A DNA stretch of 62,984 nt, the filler included, from Pelomyxa schiedti (taxonomy: Eukaryota > Protista > Evosea): NCBI GenBank assembly GCA_020536535.1. It is 5 parts of 5 records of this genome, joined end to end, with 100 filler letters (N's around TTAATTAATTAA, not from the genome) between each part and the next. Parts side by side here need not be neighbours in the genome. Positions count along the whole stretch, not along the records: positions 1 to 19,320 come from JAHLWZ010000642.1; 4 more parts are not named here. One strand, written 5' to 3'. Within the stretch, counting starts at the first letter, position 1; the number at the start of each line of letters is the position of its first letter. The translations under genes were made by a program, and so were the position numbers. Below the pieces are notes generated by a model that was given only the letters and a program-made list of their open reading frames with translations, was not told where the DNA came from and ran no database searches. This document shows positions 1 through 12,830 of the stretch, one piece after another.

Positions 1-143
1 AAAAAAAAACCCCAAACTGAAAAAATGTGAAGCACAGTGGGTGTTGAAACCCCCCACAAGCTGGGAAAAAAGGGTATTTCTCACAAACAGGAAGCCTGGT
101 ATTAAGGCAAAAGCCTGACTGGGTTGGCAAGTGCTTATTTTAT

Positions 144-770
144 CGATTATCTTAGAACGTACCTTGATTGGGGGGAGCAGCCCAGCAGATTGATGGATGG
201 AGCTGCAGAAGTGGTGGAGCTGACTTGCCTTAATAGGCCAGTCTTCCGCTGCTTTGTTTCCTCAATAATAGCGTGTACCCGCGATCCTCCATCATAAATC
301 TGCGGTTAATTTCAGGTTCAGTGATCAAAACGGAACTGCCACAGACAAGGCTCTTTGTATGAAATGAGCCCAGCAAATCAACAACAACGAGTTCCAGGTT
401 CCAAATCTGGGTGCACCCCCCTGGCAGCAGAGAGATTCCAACAAGGATCAGTTCACCTTCAGAACAGTTTGGGAACAGAAACCACAGGAAGCGAAAGTTC
501 TCTGGCAGATTCACTTGCACTCGCCTTGGTGACAGCGGAGCAGCACAACGACCATTGCAGGACTCATCAGGAGATATCTTCACAATGACCAGAGAGTCCA
601 GCTCCCTGTTCGTAGCCACGACCCTTTACTCCCTGGCAGCCACAGTGCCTGAGCTGGTGTGTGATTCAGTAGAATACACAAGCAAACTCTCTGTGAGCAT
701 GAGCACGAACACTGAGACTGAGAGACTGACCTGCTGAGTCAGCACTCGGACCTAACATCTTAGGAAATCA
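144..770 (-). pseudogene. Deleted, mosaic copy of the 16.1-17.35 kb gene joined to a dispersed repeat
   Basis: 144-196 matches ~16113-16166, ~253-620 matches ~16577-16942, short pieces match ~17038 and ~17313, and 660-770 matches 21330-21450 (reverse complement). ORF 230-619 is near-identical to part of ORF 16189-17355. Confidence 0.85.
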
Positions 771-1258
771 AGTTTGCGGAACTGTGTGTGGCCTGAAAAG
801 AGTGTCGTGTTGTGTTGCCTCCATGGTTGCCACAACAATCGTTTCGACCAAGCCGGGAAAATGTAATTTCTCATGTGGATAGGGGCGAAACTTGTGGCAA
901 CTGAACCGGGAAAATGTAATGTCGTGCACCAATAAAAGTGAACCTCGTTGGAGCCACCACCCACCAATTCAACAATGACTGTGACCACCCAAACAACAAG
1001 ACACAATTCCTAATAAAAAAAATTAAATGAGTGACAGATAAACAAACCACTCTCACAACCCATTCAACAAACAACAATGTTGTGTCTCTTACAAACAAAC
1101 CCTACTCTTCTTCTCCACCCAGAAAATACCTTTTCTGGGTGGTTACCTTTTTGTCTCTGACAGGCAAAGCACTACTTTCCATATTTGTTTTTATGTGTTT
1201 CAAGTGTTATAATATTTCTCTCTCTTTGTGTTGGATAGTGCAATTGTACTGTTAAGAC

Positions 1259-4200
1259 TCAGAATATTTTCCTTTGATATCTCCCCAACAGGCACTGTGT
1301 GTGTGGTTGTGCTGTTGGGTGTGGTTGAGACTTCCCCAAGGGGCCCTGCTTTCCTAATGGTAAAACTGTGCTATCCAACTCAAAGAGAAAGGTGGCTACC
1401 ATAAGAGTGTTTTCGGTGAGTTTGTCTTGAAAAGAGGCTGCTATTACTCTGAAATCAGAGTGGTGAGAGAGCCTCTGGCATAGGATATTACTGACATTTC
1501 CAGCATTTGAAGCATGCAACAGGGTTAGCATGGAATGATGGGAATGATGCACACTGTTTCTTTGGGTGGAAACTACACCAAAAGAGAACAAAGAGGCATA
1601 AAAAAAAACACCCCCATCAGGAAGAGCTAGTGGAGCAGTGCATCACACCTCATTAGTCACAAACAGAAAAACTCTTGAATCTCTCTTTTGATCTCATTCT
1701 TGTTCACCCCATACTTCATCAAGAAATTGGTTTGAATTGGAGAATGTATTTTTTTTCTAACTTGAAAAAAATTGTTCTGTTGATGGTTGAATCTGGTGCA
1801 AAAAGCCTGTTGGGCAAAGATTCCAAAGTTCAGGTCCAGATATGATCTGGAATTGTTTCCAGTACTTGTCTGTAGAGTCTACTTTCATCTTGGACTCCAT
1901 GAAGGATTTTAGGGTTGGAGTAATTTTAACTTCAGTGGCTGACACAAAAGTGTATACTCCTGTGTCTAACTTAGTTTGGAGAGCAAGTGGTGGAAAGAGA
2001 ACCATGTTCATGTCAACATAAGCCTGCTTCAAAAAAATCCACACACTTCTTCACAAGTGCAGCCAAATTGGTAGTTGTGGTCACTTGAATACAATCTACA
2101 ATCCACACAGTTAAAAATATATTGAATAAGAAGAGGGGATGTTACTTATTACTTGGCAAGGAATTTTAGGATTGTTCATATACTCTTCCCCTAAGGTTTT
2201 CTTATCAAGAAAGACAAAACAGACAGCAAGGTACTTTTTGTGCCAGGGGTAAAAAAGTCCACTCTTTCTGCCTTTCCGGATGTGTTGATATCACTTTTAC
2301 AACACCCAATGACCTGGTCAAACACCCAATCACTGCCTCTTTCCTTGAGTGTATCAAAACTCACAAACCCTTCACGTAAATCTAAATAACCTTTAAGTCA
2401 TCTCAGTGTATGTTCTTTCTTACCAGGATGAGATTGGAATGGAGTATTTGCAAAAATTACCATCAATAAAAGGGAACTGGGGAACATAAATGAACTGGCA
2501 CAACACATCTCAAAAAGGTTCCCCTTCATAGATTTCAATAGCTCAATTTCTTTTACCCAGGTAGACGGCTGCAAAAAGTTAGTAAAAGCTTCTTGTGAAA
2601 AAAGATTGAACACACTGGAGCCCACTCTTTTGGGTTGCAGGATGCAGCTGCAAAAGGAAACGGCAGATAGATCCGCATGGCATTTGGTAGAGGGATGAAG
2701 TAAGCCCACCCAGTGATTGAATCACCCGATCTGTATGAGCTTTTCACCTTTGGTTTGTTACAGTGTTGTCTTTTGAAAAATGGTACTTGATGGAACTTCA
2801 ACAATTTGTGCTGTAAACCATTTCATTGTAGGGGCATTGCACAAGAGCTTATACAGCTTCAGCACCATTTTTCGCCCCTGATTTTTACTGGATTCAGAAC
2901 ATCTGTTTGTTGTCAAAGGGAATCCAGGTTCAGATTGTGTTGTTTACTGATTGGTGATCGAATCCCAGGCGATTTTTATAATATCAGCCATATGAGGCAA
3001 TGGGTTTGAATTCCTACAGAAGCCTTGGAGACTAAATATTTTGTGATTTTTCATGTACTTCAAAACGCAGATACCTTTTCAGAAAAAGCTTGAAAAGAAT
3101 TGGCTTTCCATACAATGCCCCAGCCACTTGTTTCATCTGTTCCCAAAGTTTATTGGGCACAGTCCCAAACATGTTTTCCTCAGGTGCTGTTCCAAAAAAG
3201 TGTTCCAACAAATGCAATGCCACTGAGGGACTGACAATTGATATCTGAAAAACAGTTTTTTCACAAAGATAATAACTAAAAGGATAGAACTCACAAGGAT
3301 GTAGTCATACAGCGCCAGTGAAAGAGGTGCCTGATGGAGGATAAGAGGATTTGTGCAGGAAATGATCAATGTAATATTATGGTCTTCAACCATCTCCTTA
3401 AAGACTCTATGGAATTGGATGAGTGAATTGGAGGAGCTGAAAAAGCTAATCATACTGGAATGCCTTCTCAAACAAACTTGGATCTTTTGTGTGCTTCACG
3501 CCAGAAACGTATAAACCACCTTGCTCAGTCAATCCTTTTTCCTTCCTAAAAAAATCCAGTACCTCTTCAGTGCTTTTTCCTATGCGTTTATCAATAAAAT
3601 ACCATCCAAGTATTACCACGCATACCATTAGTGTACATAAGAAATTTTTCGAATGGTATCATTCTGCAGTTCCAATTTGTTTTGCCTTTCTTCACCTCAG
3701 CAGTGAGCTGCTTGACACTGGTTTTACAATCCTCTGGGTCACCTTTGGGTTTTTTAAATTTGGAAGAAGAAAGGGAAAAGGAATACCCAAAACAGTGTAT
3801 ATCTTGGGGGTGTCCACCCCTTGTTTAAATCCCAGAATTTTGTTGGCAACAGTGCAACATTCGTACCGCTTGAAGGTTACCTTGAGACAGTCATTGGGCC
3901 AGTGGTCCCAATACTTATGCCTCTGAGCATTATCAGATTTTGGCTCCACGTCAATAACAGAATCAGCAGCCTTTGTAAGTAGGGGATTTTCACTTGTGTC
4001 TGATGTTGCTGTTGGCTGAGTACTAGTACCTGATGTGCTATTGTCAGTGGCACCAATGTCGCAGCTCACAGGTGGAGGTTGCTGCATATCTGGAGTGGCT
4101 GGAGTTGTTTGTGCAGCAGCAGCTGCTGCTGCTGGTGTTGTTCCTGGTGGTGCAGCTACTGGTGTTGGTGTTTGTGTTGGTGCCGGTGTTGTTGCTGAAG

Positions 4201-4807
4201 TGGTTTGAGTTGATGCATCAGAAGGTTGTGCCGCTTTGCACCCTGGCCAGCTTGCTTTGGGGGGGAATGACGACCTAGACATGAAGCAGTGCCTCTGCGG
4301 TATGTCCAGCTCGATCTGCTCGGACCTCGAAATCAATGCCACGACGAGCAGCAGCCTCTCCTCCAGCGACACGTCGGGGGCCGTGTACTTGGCCCGGTCC
4401 TTGGGGCGCTGCCACAGCGCCCCGGCGGTCAGCACACGGTGGCAGGTCCGTCCCGTCGCGGATCTGCCCCTCGCGCCCCTTGGTCGGCACCCTGCGAACC
4501 ACGTCGAGCCACGTGTTGGTCCTGCCGCGCTTCCCGGGCCCCACCAGCGGCGCCATCAAGACGCCCATCCCATGTCGACGAACCAGTCCCAGTGCTCGCG
4601 GTCCATGGGCGCCGCGGCCTTGCCCACTTGACCATCAGCTGGAAGTCCGCCGAGCCCGCCGCGAACTGGTGGTAGAGCCTCGGCGCCTTCGGGGGCCGCG
4701 TCGGCGCAGCCGCTGCGAGAATCGGCGCCGCGGGCGGCACCAATTTCGACTGCGACGGCGAGTAAGGTCGCTTCCTCGAAGTGAGGACGCTCGACATCTT
4801 GTCGCAC
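1259..4807 (-). CDS. Multi-exon hypothetical protein, probably frameshifted; T/P/A-rich linker; exon boundaries approximate
   Basis: Chain of same-strand coding-like ORFs (4275-4807, 3692-4435, 3446-3628, 3133-3471, 3032-3223, 2398-2709, 1757-2044, 1259-1591) with a GC/CpG-rich 5' end. An ATGGG-ATGGG duplication near 4565 shifts the frame. No family recognised. Confidence 0.5.
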
Positions 4808-5016
4808 GTGGTACCGGTCCTTTAAAAGTTGTTTGTTTGTTTTGTTTAATTAATTGAGGCAAACGGCTCAAGTTAAGCAGAGCGAGTCGATTTTCTTCTC
4901 GAAAGGAAATTGTGTTTCACCGAAGGGAACCTTTTTGGTGGGTATCTGACTGGCAAGTGGTGTTTAGAAAAAGAAAAGAAGAAAAGAAGAAAGATTGGCC
5001 AACAGATCGGTTCTAT

Positions 5017-5689
5017 TTATTGTGGTGCTGTGGCAGTGCTGCCGGCGAGCGCTACTGTGATTCTGGCGTGTGCCAGCGGGCATTTTGGCACGCCGGCAGA
5101 GTTTTGTTTGGTTGCGGCATGTGTGCTGTCGTGATACTGGTGGGTGCTGGTGAATGCTGAGTGTGGCCGGCAAGCAGTGGTACTGTGGATCAGGTCTGTG
5201 CTTATAGGCATCACTTCCAGGGGTTGTTGTGGATGTGTGCTGGCGTGCCCCTTCACATTAGTTGTTTCAATCCTTCGGCTGTGGTTGTTACTAAGTGCTA
5301 GTGAGAATGAAGTAAGCTAGGTGAGCATACCAGTAGATCTAGTTTTGTGCCTATCAGCTTGGTACTTCAAGGTCAGCGGAAATAACAACTTGTATCACAA
5401 GGTGCCAGAATACAGAAATACTTGGTGTGCAATGCTGGGCGCCTGGGTACCTACGCAACAGGTTAAACTGGTCATTCCGGGTGTCTGCCAGCATGTTAGT
5501 GGGACCAGGGAAGGCTATGGTGGGTACCAACCGAATCGGACCCATTGTCCTGTTGTTGTTGAGTGGTGATAAGACAAGGGAGAGGGAATGCACCTTGTGA
5601 GATATTGTCCGCAGGTCTGCCACCCGAATAATATATGTGAGCTGCAGGGGAAAGAAAAAAAGAAGCCACCTACCAGCATCACTGTTCAA
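5017..5689 (-). CDS. 3' exons of a hypothetical protein
   Basis: Coding-like ORFs 5354-5689 and 5017-5256; no motif recognised. Confidence 0.3.
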
Positions 5690-5802
5690 AGTGCCGGAAA
5701 TGCAGGGAATCGGCCCTATGTTGCCATGAGGAAATGGAACACAACAGTATGTTTAACTAAATAAAGAAACTGATACCGATGATGACAACTTGTCTTCATA
5801 TG

Positions 5803-6560
5803 TACACAAGAGGCATCAACCGCCCCTGTTGATGTTGCTAGCCCATAATGTGCTCGTGGCTGTGCTACAGGCAGTGGTACTAGATGCTACGTTGGTATCA
5901 GATTACCCACCGACGTGGTGATGGCTACGAAACGCCATAGCCGTTCAGAAAGAGAACAGGGAACAGTAGAGACAGAGCAGAGAAAAAAGAGGGTGAGTTT
6001 ACGTGCCCATTGTGCATACAGAGTTTTATTAAAAACTTTGTACCACATTGATCAGGAAAAGTTTAAGCTGGTAGGTGGCAGGGAAGTAGTGTCTGGAGGA
6101 TGACATTTTTCAGGTGCCAAAGAGTGCAGCGTTGCCAATTTCACCTCTCAACAGTTTTCATGGGATGATTTTGATTGTCGTTGATCTTTTCGCAACTGGT
6201 TGCTGACGCGACACCAAAAATACACGATGGACGGGCCGGGAAGGGGAAGGGGAAGGGGAGGGGGCAGGGGAGGGGGCAGGGGAGGGACGGGAGGAGGGCA
6301 TGCGAAAGGGAAAGTTTCGAGAAACAAGGACTTAGGGAGAACGTTTACTGTCTCCAGCCATTCTTTTTTGGAGCTCAAGACACTCATTTTGGAGCAGAAA
6401 CCACCTCTGGAGGCTGGGGGATGGTACCACAACCACGGAATCAACTTGGCCACGGTGGAACCAAATTTGGATGCTCTTGAAGACGCTAAGGTGCTGTGCC
6501 GGGAAGCACCGAAAATTTCCCTGGAATCTGGTCTTGGTGCCCTGCTGACGCTGAACACGT
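5803..6560 (+). repeat. Segmental duplication, copy 1 (copy 2 at 18533-19320)
   Basis: Direct near-identical match starting TACACAAGAGGCATCAAC. Copy 2 is bounded by gaps on both sides. Confidence 0.95.
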
Positions 6561-8417
6561 ATTGGGGCAAAGACGTGCCACGTGGCTACCATGAGGCACC
6601 CCTCGAAGTGAGGCTCTTGCTGATCCTGAGGGGTCTCTTCAGAGTCCAAGGGGCCCTCTCCATGCCCACACCAGTCGTAGGACCTGTGGATGCACCACAA
6701 CCAGTCGCAATGCCGCACACCAACACCAAAGAACTCCAAGTTGGTTTCCACCATCCACTCGCTCCTCCCCACTCCCTGTAGAGATTTGCTCAATGGCTCC
6801 CCCTCCTCCTCTCACACTCCCGCCAGCCTCACTGGACGGTATTGGCACTGTCACTACAACTTCATCACTGTCTTCGTGCGCATCATCTTCGTCGAGTTCT
6901 TCTTGGTCCAGTACCACTACTTCGTCAACAAACAACGTTGTACCGATGCAGTTTGATGGGGGATCCCAGAATTGCCTTTGGGCAGGTTGTAAGCAAACCG
7001 GCGTGGATAAATTGCCCGGCGGACACGAAGAATGTGCACGTTACAACAAGAGAGTACACGAGACTGGCTGAGAATGCAAGGGAAGGGAAAGTGACCAAGC
7101 TTCAGGGAATCTGGGGTTTGTTATTTCTTCCTTATCTGGAGTGAAATGATGATTGCCGTTCGTACGAAAAAAGAAAACAAAATAATGTCTTGTCAGGTGA
7201 CCCCGAACACTGTCGTGCAAATGTATGCGGATTTGTTGAGGTGGTCAACTCTATAGAAAGGGATGTAGCAATTAAAAACCACCTGTCATCGTGTCCCACG
7301 TGGAGCCTTCAGCACATCGCTTTCGACGTGATCCTGAGTCACGTGGGTACAGGTACTGTTCGATTTTTTCCTTTTTCCTTCATTATTAAAACGAAAAACG
7401 AATGGATAACATTCCCTTCACAGGTGTTGCCTTGGGGGACTTTGTGCACTCACTGAGACAATTTATGGTGTTTTCATGCCGCCACAAGCGGACCTATTTC
7501 CAAAGGCCTTTAAGTATAGTTTCTTTCACTCGTTTTATACTGAGACGAATGTAGGCTGATCAATGAACTCAAGGCGGCTGGTTTGATTGTACTCATATCT
7601 GGTTCAAACCCCATGTCCCTTCGACTCGCGGGTCTTCCTCTAGAAAACTATGACCATGTACTGGTATGTGTTATTTCCCTGCAGCTCTTTTGTTGCAAGT
7701 GGTAAGTGCATTACTGAAACTCAACACAAAACGTAGGCACCAATTATAACTCCCCAGCTAGCTTATCGACTGCTTGCCACATTGTTTGATAAATCCCCGG
7801 AGTCGCCCTGGTTTGGTTTGGACTGCAGAAGCATCGAAAGTGAGATGGCACACACTGCGTTCATCCTTTATGGGCAACCCTTGCTCTTAGAGGCGTATCT
7901 AGAGCTGTATGTCACTGCATGCTGTTCTACTATATCATCCGGTAATGTCTCAACAGGATAAAGGAAGGGGTGGACCACAAGACAGCGAAATGGAGGGTGA
8001 GTTCAATGGTCAATAGACAGTTGAGTCCAATTACAATCCTTTTCCATCATTCTCACTGCCAAATGGGTTGCAGTTTTGGTGTTCAGGGCAGCCGACGGTC
8101 CCTCATCTACAAACTTAGAAAACTATTCCTGCGCGACACAGTTCAATGGCTCTCCCCTGTGCGTTTTGTAGTACCCATTGACTGGACTAGCATATCAGGT
8201 AATCAATCGCAAAAAAAGAATGTGTTCTAACAGAAAAAAAGACAAGAGGAGCCAGAAGTTGATAAAACTGGGAGAAGATTTGAATTCAAGTCACACCTCA
8301 TTGGTTGTTCCTCTTCCATGTGCAATGGAGTTCCACATACCTTTCTCTATTACTGTTAAAATAATGAATTCGAATCCGTTATCAGAAGTACTTGTGCGTC
8401 ATTTCTCTTTCTTCTAA
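6227..8417 (+). CDS. Multi-exon hypothetical protein with N-terminal GRGG/RGG repeats
   Basis: ATG at 6227 (MDGPGRGRG...). Downstream GT-AG-bounded exons translate cleanly, e.g. LINELKAAGLIVLISGSNPMSLRLAGLPLENYDHVL (7556-7663) and APIITPQLAYRLLATLFDK. The 3' end is uncertain. Confidence 0.6.
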
Positions 8418-8599
8418 TTCTCACAAAATTCCTCTACAAGCAATCCACGGCCAGACAGCTTTTTGAGCAACCAGATTCTCATTTCGATTATTTCTTATTG
8501 GAACAACTGATCAGGCCGAGTATATTGCGGGACCACATTTACACTGTAACAGAGTTTACTGAGCCACAGAGTATATAATTTACATTCACTTCTCGCTAT

Positions 8600-9614
8600 T
8601 GATATTCAATATACCACTAGGTTTGCACCTCGGTGTTGTTGCAGGTATTGAAAAACTGTGGGAGTGGTGCATTGCCGTTCACAAGCATGGGTGCTGGATT
8701 TTAACCCTACCCGCCGTAAAAAGTACCCTGATCTCCTCTTATCCCGTTCTATCCCTCACCAAATCCTTATTTTGCAAAGATACCTCCAAAGATGTTAATC
8801 CGAGAGCCCCCGAACATATAGCTTGTATACTTCCCTTCTCGATTCATTTTACTTAAACCCTTGCAGTCAAATTCGGAGCGATCGAAGCTTCTGCCGCGCT
8901 GAGTGTACAGGCACTTGAGAAATTCTACATGACTGCTGAAGAGGAACAAGAATCCGGTACCTCTTGCTGTATTTTTTTGTGCTCCATCCTCATTTTTTTT
9001 GTTTCTTCTTCTTCAGCAGTCTATTTTCTCCTTTCCAAGGCACCGGTTCTCACGAAATTCGACACCCAGTCAACGGCTTTTTACAAGAAGTACATTGTAA
9101 TGTCAGGCGAAGAACTCCTCGAACGATGCCCGAGGCCAGAGAGGTTTGGACCAGAGGAAGACGTTGCAAAATCTGCAGCAAGACACAGATCAAGATGCCT
9201 GCCAGTACCTCAAAGATCAAGATGGTTTGTGTCCCAGTGCTTTTAATCCCACAACCACACTAACGACCACATAGCGGAAGAAGAAGAAGAGGACGGCTCG
9301 TGATGCCCGGGCATAAAGCTCGTACTGTTGTTCCAATTGGCATAAAACAAAAGAGAAATCCCTTTTTCTGTGTTGGTTCCATGAAACGCAACAAGGCAGC
9401 GGCAGTGGTAGTAATGCCTCACTCGCATCCCAAAAATGTAATAACCCGAACTCACAACAGAGGTTTCCAGTGATACCTCCCAACTCCTCGACCACGTCCA
9501 CGCCCCCTTCCTCTCAGTCCCCGCCTCTCGCTCTTCCCGGCGACCCATAATCGCGGTGACCAGCCGCCGGCCTGTCCTGCAACGACCTTGCTGGGCGCGA
9601 GGGACCAACCTCAT
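8600..9614 (-). CDS. Hypothetical multi-exon protein, head-to-head with the 9680 gene
   Basis: ORFs 9243-9614 and 8767-8949 look coding and the 5' end is GC-rich; no family recognised. Confidence 0.35.
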
Positions 9615-9679
9615 TTTTGCTCGCCGCTACACCAGGCGTCATCACCCACAGGCGGCTTGAGAGCACTCCCGAGGCAATT

Positions 9680-11870
9680 ATGGGAGGGGGCGGCGGTGTG
9701 GGATTGCGTTTGAGTGCAACCGGGGACCTCCCTCGTGGTTCTATTTCTGGTTCTGATTCTGTATATACTCACTCAAGGAACCAGAATAATCCTGGTTCTT
9801 ATATGAATTCAAATGGTGCTGAAACTGGCCCTGCTGAAAAGCCTTACAGGCCTACATATTCCACCACTAAGAAAAGGTTCCAGTCTGTTGCGGCAAGGGC
9901 TAAAGCTGGAGGCGTCAAGCAGGCACCAAAACAGCCACTGTTGGAGACTCCCGCATTGGTTATATCACAGCCACCGGCTTCGTTGTCTCCTTCCCCACCA
10001 AATTCCATTCCAGCTACTACAGAACCTGGGAAAACTGCTGCAGTACAACCGGCAGTTGAGCTGGACAAAGTTGTATCTGTTTCACCTCCACTTGGGGTCA
10101 AGATTCCTTCAGTAGGGGATTCCATTTCCAGTACTGATGCACAAGTCCCCAATGCTCCAACTGGAAGAAATGGATATGATAATACACCGATGGTGGTAAC
10201 CACAGGGGATACAGAAGAAGAAAAGCCCAAGTTGAACCTGCGTGAGGTTGCAAAGCATGCCCTGTATGTCAAAAATTCAGGGGGGTCCACAGTTGACGCC
10301 AAGGTGCGCATCCCCGAGTTTCTTGCATAGCACTTAATACCTATAGATAATTAGGAGACTGAATGTTACAATTTGCGATCTTCAGCAACAAGTTCGGGTT
10401 CTCAAAACTGGTCGGTTACTTGAGTGCATAAAGAGAACATTTATTTTTCCCAGAAAACCTAAAGCTGCGAAAAGAGCGAGATCTACTCAAGACAAACTTG
10501 AAACATTCACAATCAAGATATGTTGCCTTGCAAAAGAAGATAAATCCTCTGGGTACGTCTCTCCTCCGAAATGTGCCCAAATCAACTCAACATCTAGACC
10601 TCCCAGCAGATGAACCTCTGCCAAATGGTTTTGTGAACTCATCTTCCTTCCAAATTTACTCCGTTTCAGACGAAAATTCCCCAGCCGAGGTGCCTCGTAC
10701 AGAAAGCCCCTATGAGTGGACATTGAAAAAAGAGGTAAATTCTTTGCACCTAACAGTTGAATAAACAAAAGTTGGCAGGGTGGCTCAATTGTTGCCGTAA
10801 TGGAACCAACTGCACCTACAAAGGGTCCTGAACCGCGCCCAAGAAAGCTGACAGAGCAGGAACAGTTGAAACTGCACAAGAATTTGGAGGCACGTGCACC
10901 TCTCCTTTCCGAATTTCAGCTGACATTGCACAGTTTTTGCAGTCTTTGGCTCTTCTTTTTACCAAGGGTGGGATTGTGATGGGTCCTTCAGGTGCGGTCA
11001 ATATGAGGCAAGCAGCTTCTTCCGTTCCCACACCCACAGCTTCAACTCCATCTCTACAAGCAATGAAACTGATTTTTACCCCAGCCGGAACTGTTTATGT
11101 TCCCGTTGAACAAATTGAGCAACTACCAAAATCCAAAAACTCAAAATCGGCCCCACGCACCACCAAACCTTCAACAAACGCCAGCTCAACTTACGGCACC
11201 AAACCCTCACCACCTACCCCAAATAACAACAATAAGCCCGCGCCAGCAGAGCCCCCTCAACAGCCACCGCAACCACAACCACTGAAGCCCCAACAGCAAG
11301 AGCCCAAGCAACAACCACCTCAAGCAGAGCTGCCGGTTCCTCAAACATTCCAACTATAACAACAAACACAAAAAGCAGAAATACCCCCACCAACAACCAA
11401 TTCCCCAAATCCGGGTGTCATTCCAACAACATCAATCCCCCAGCCAGAGCAACATATAGCCGCACCCCAACAACCAACCATTACCGGAGGTAATCCACAC
11501 AAAAACACCAGCAATACCATCTGAATCCCAACCTGAACCAGCCACTAACAACAACACTGTAAACAGGGATTCCGGCACACAGCCACACGAGAAGCCTAAA
11601 AATGAAACCATTAACACACAAACCCCACCCAGTAATCAACAATCCTCCACACAAGACAAATCACAACCAACACCTGAACCAAGTAATCAAGAAGCAAAAC
11701 ACCAACAATCCATAACAAAACAACACGTGCATATAACCTGTAAAAAGAAAAGAAGGAATAACAACCAGTATTTCTTATGTCAAAAAATAAAGACAAAAGA
11801 AATTGATTTCAGTGTTTCCTTGTAAAAGGGGTTGTAACACTGTAAGGTGTAAGAGTATGAAAATAATGGA
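9680..11870 (+). pseudogene. Low-complexity P/Q/T-rich protein with coiled-coil segment; in-frame TAA and later frameshift
   Basis: Exons 9680-10302, ~10355-10410, ~10444-10734 (ENLKLRKERDLLKTNLK) and ~10780-11359. TAA at 11357-11359 sits in a CAA run and the reading frame continues (QQTQKAEIPPP...). Confidence 0.55.
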
Positions 11871-12830
11871 ATGAGGACTCACGTAGAAACTTGTAGGTCG
11901 TTTATCAGCACTGATGAGGATTGATTCTCTTCATCCTGAAAGGAAATGAGAATTTGGGACATAGGCTGATATCACACACTTTTTCAAGTTCAAAGTTGAA
12001 TAGTTCCTTGACAAATACACTTGACAGTTCCCCAACATCGCCAGCTTTCACCCAATCAGGTTCTTCTTTCTTGTCATTATTTCTGTTACGGGTAAGAGTG
12101 AGACATTGTGTGAGCACCGGTCAAGTACCCCTTTTTTGGAATCATGATTCCATGTTCCGGTGTGCGGCCCAAAGAGTTGACAAAAGCGATTTGCATCACT
12201 TTCTCGACGGGAGTGCGCTCAATTCTACGTATTTGGGATATTGTTGTTTTCTCAGAGAGAGTATTTCGCGGAGGCCCGCGCAATTTCATTCCAGGTCTCA
12301 CATCAGAAACAGAGAGAGAGACGCCGGTCAGTGCGCATGTAACTGTGCCATCACCCAAGAAGCATGGAGAGCCGCTCCAGTCATCAGTACCTCTTCCATA
12401 TGACTGGTAATGCAGATCCACGGAGGGTCCATTGGCTTTATGCAGCTCTTGGATGCATTCTCGATCAGTTCTTGTATCTGTTTCGTCTGGGCCAAAGATA
12501 TGGCCGATTTCCCGCCCTTGGTCTTAATATAAGGGTTTGCACCATGCTTCAGCAACAAGCCGACAGCACCGACACTTGAACGGCGTATGGCTTTGAAAAG
12601 CAACAATCCTGATCTTCCAGTGTCGGATTCAACTCTGTTGTATTTGTGTGAGTGTCAGAAGAACAGACCTAACGGGAAGAAAACAGACCTAAAGTTGATT
12701 GCACGCAGCTTTGTCCCCATTCCGTCAAGAATGGAGGCCATTTGCTCCTCATCCACAGTGACTTGTGCATTGCGTGGCTTGAAGCACGCCAACAAATCCC
12801 TCGCTACATAACTGTTTACATACTCCTCAG
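11809..12830 (-). CDS. Ankyrin-repeat + C-terminal Hint (Vint-like) domain protein
   Basis: Ankyrin segment LLLFKAIRRSSVGAVGLLLKHGANPYIKTKGGKSAISLA. Hint block A CFLGDGTV (Cys 12362-12364), block B TPEH (12152-12163), and spliced C-terminus W-x2-AGDV...LFNFELE...VLINDLQVST. The ankyrin-to-Hint junction needs a 29-nt intron or a frameshift. 5' exons may extend to ~13376. Confidence 0.7.

Noticed and set aside
3560-3628. Walker A (RIGKST) implying an NTPase in the 1259-4807 gene
   Set aside because: GxxxxGK spacing is not met and no convincing Walker B was found.
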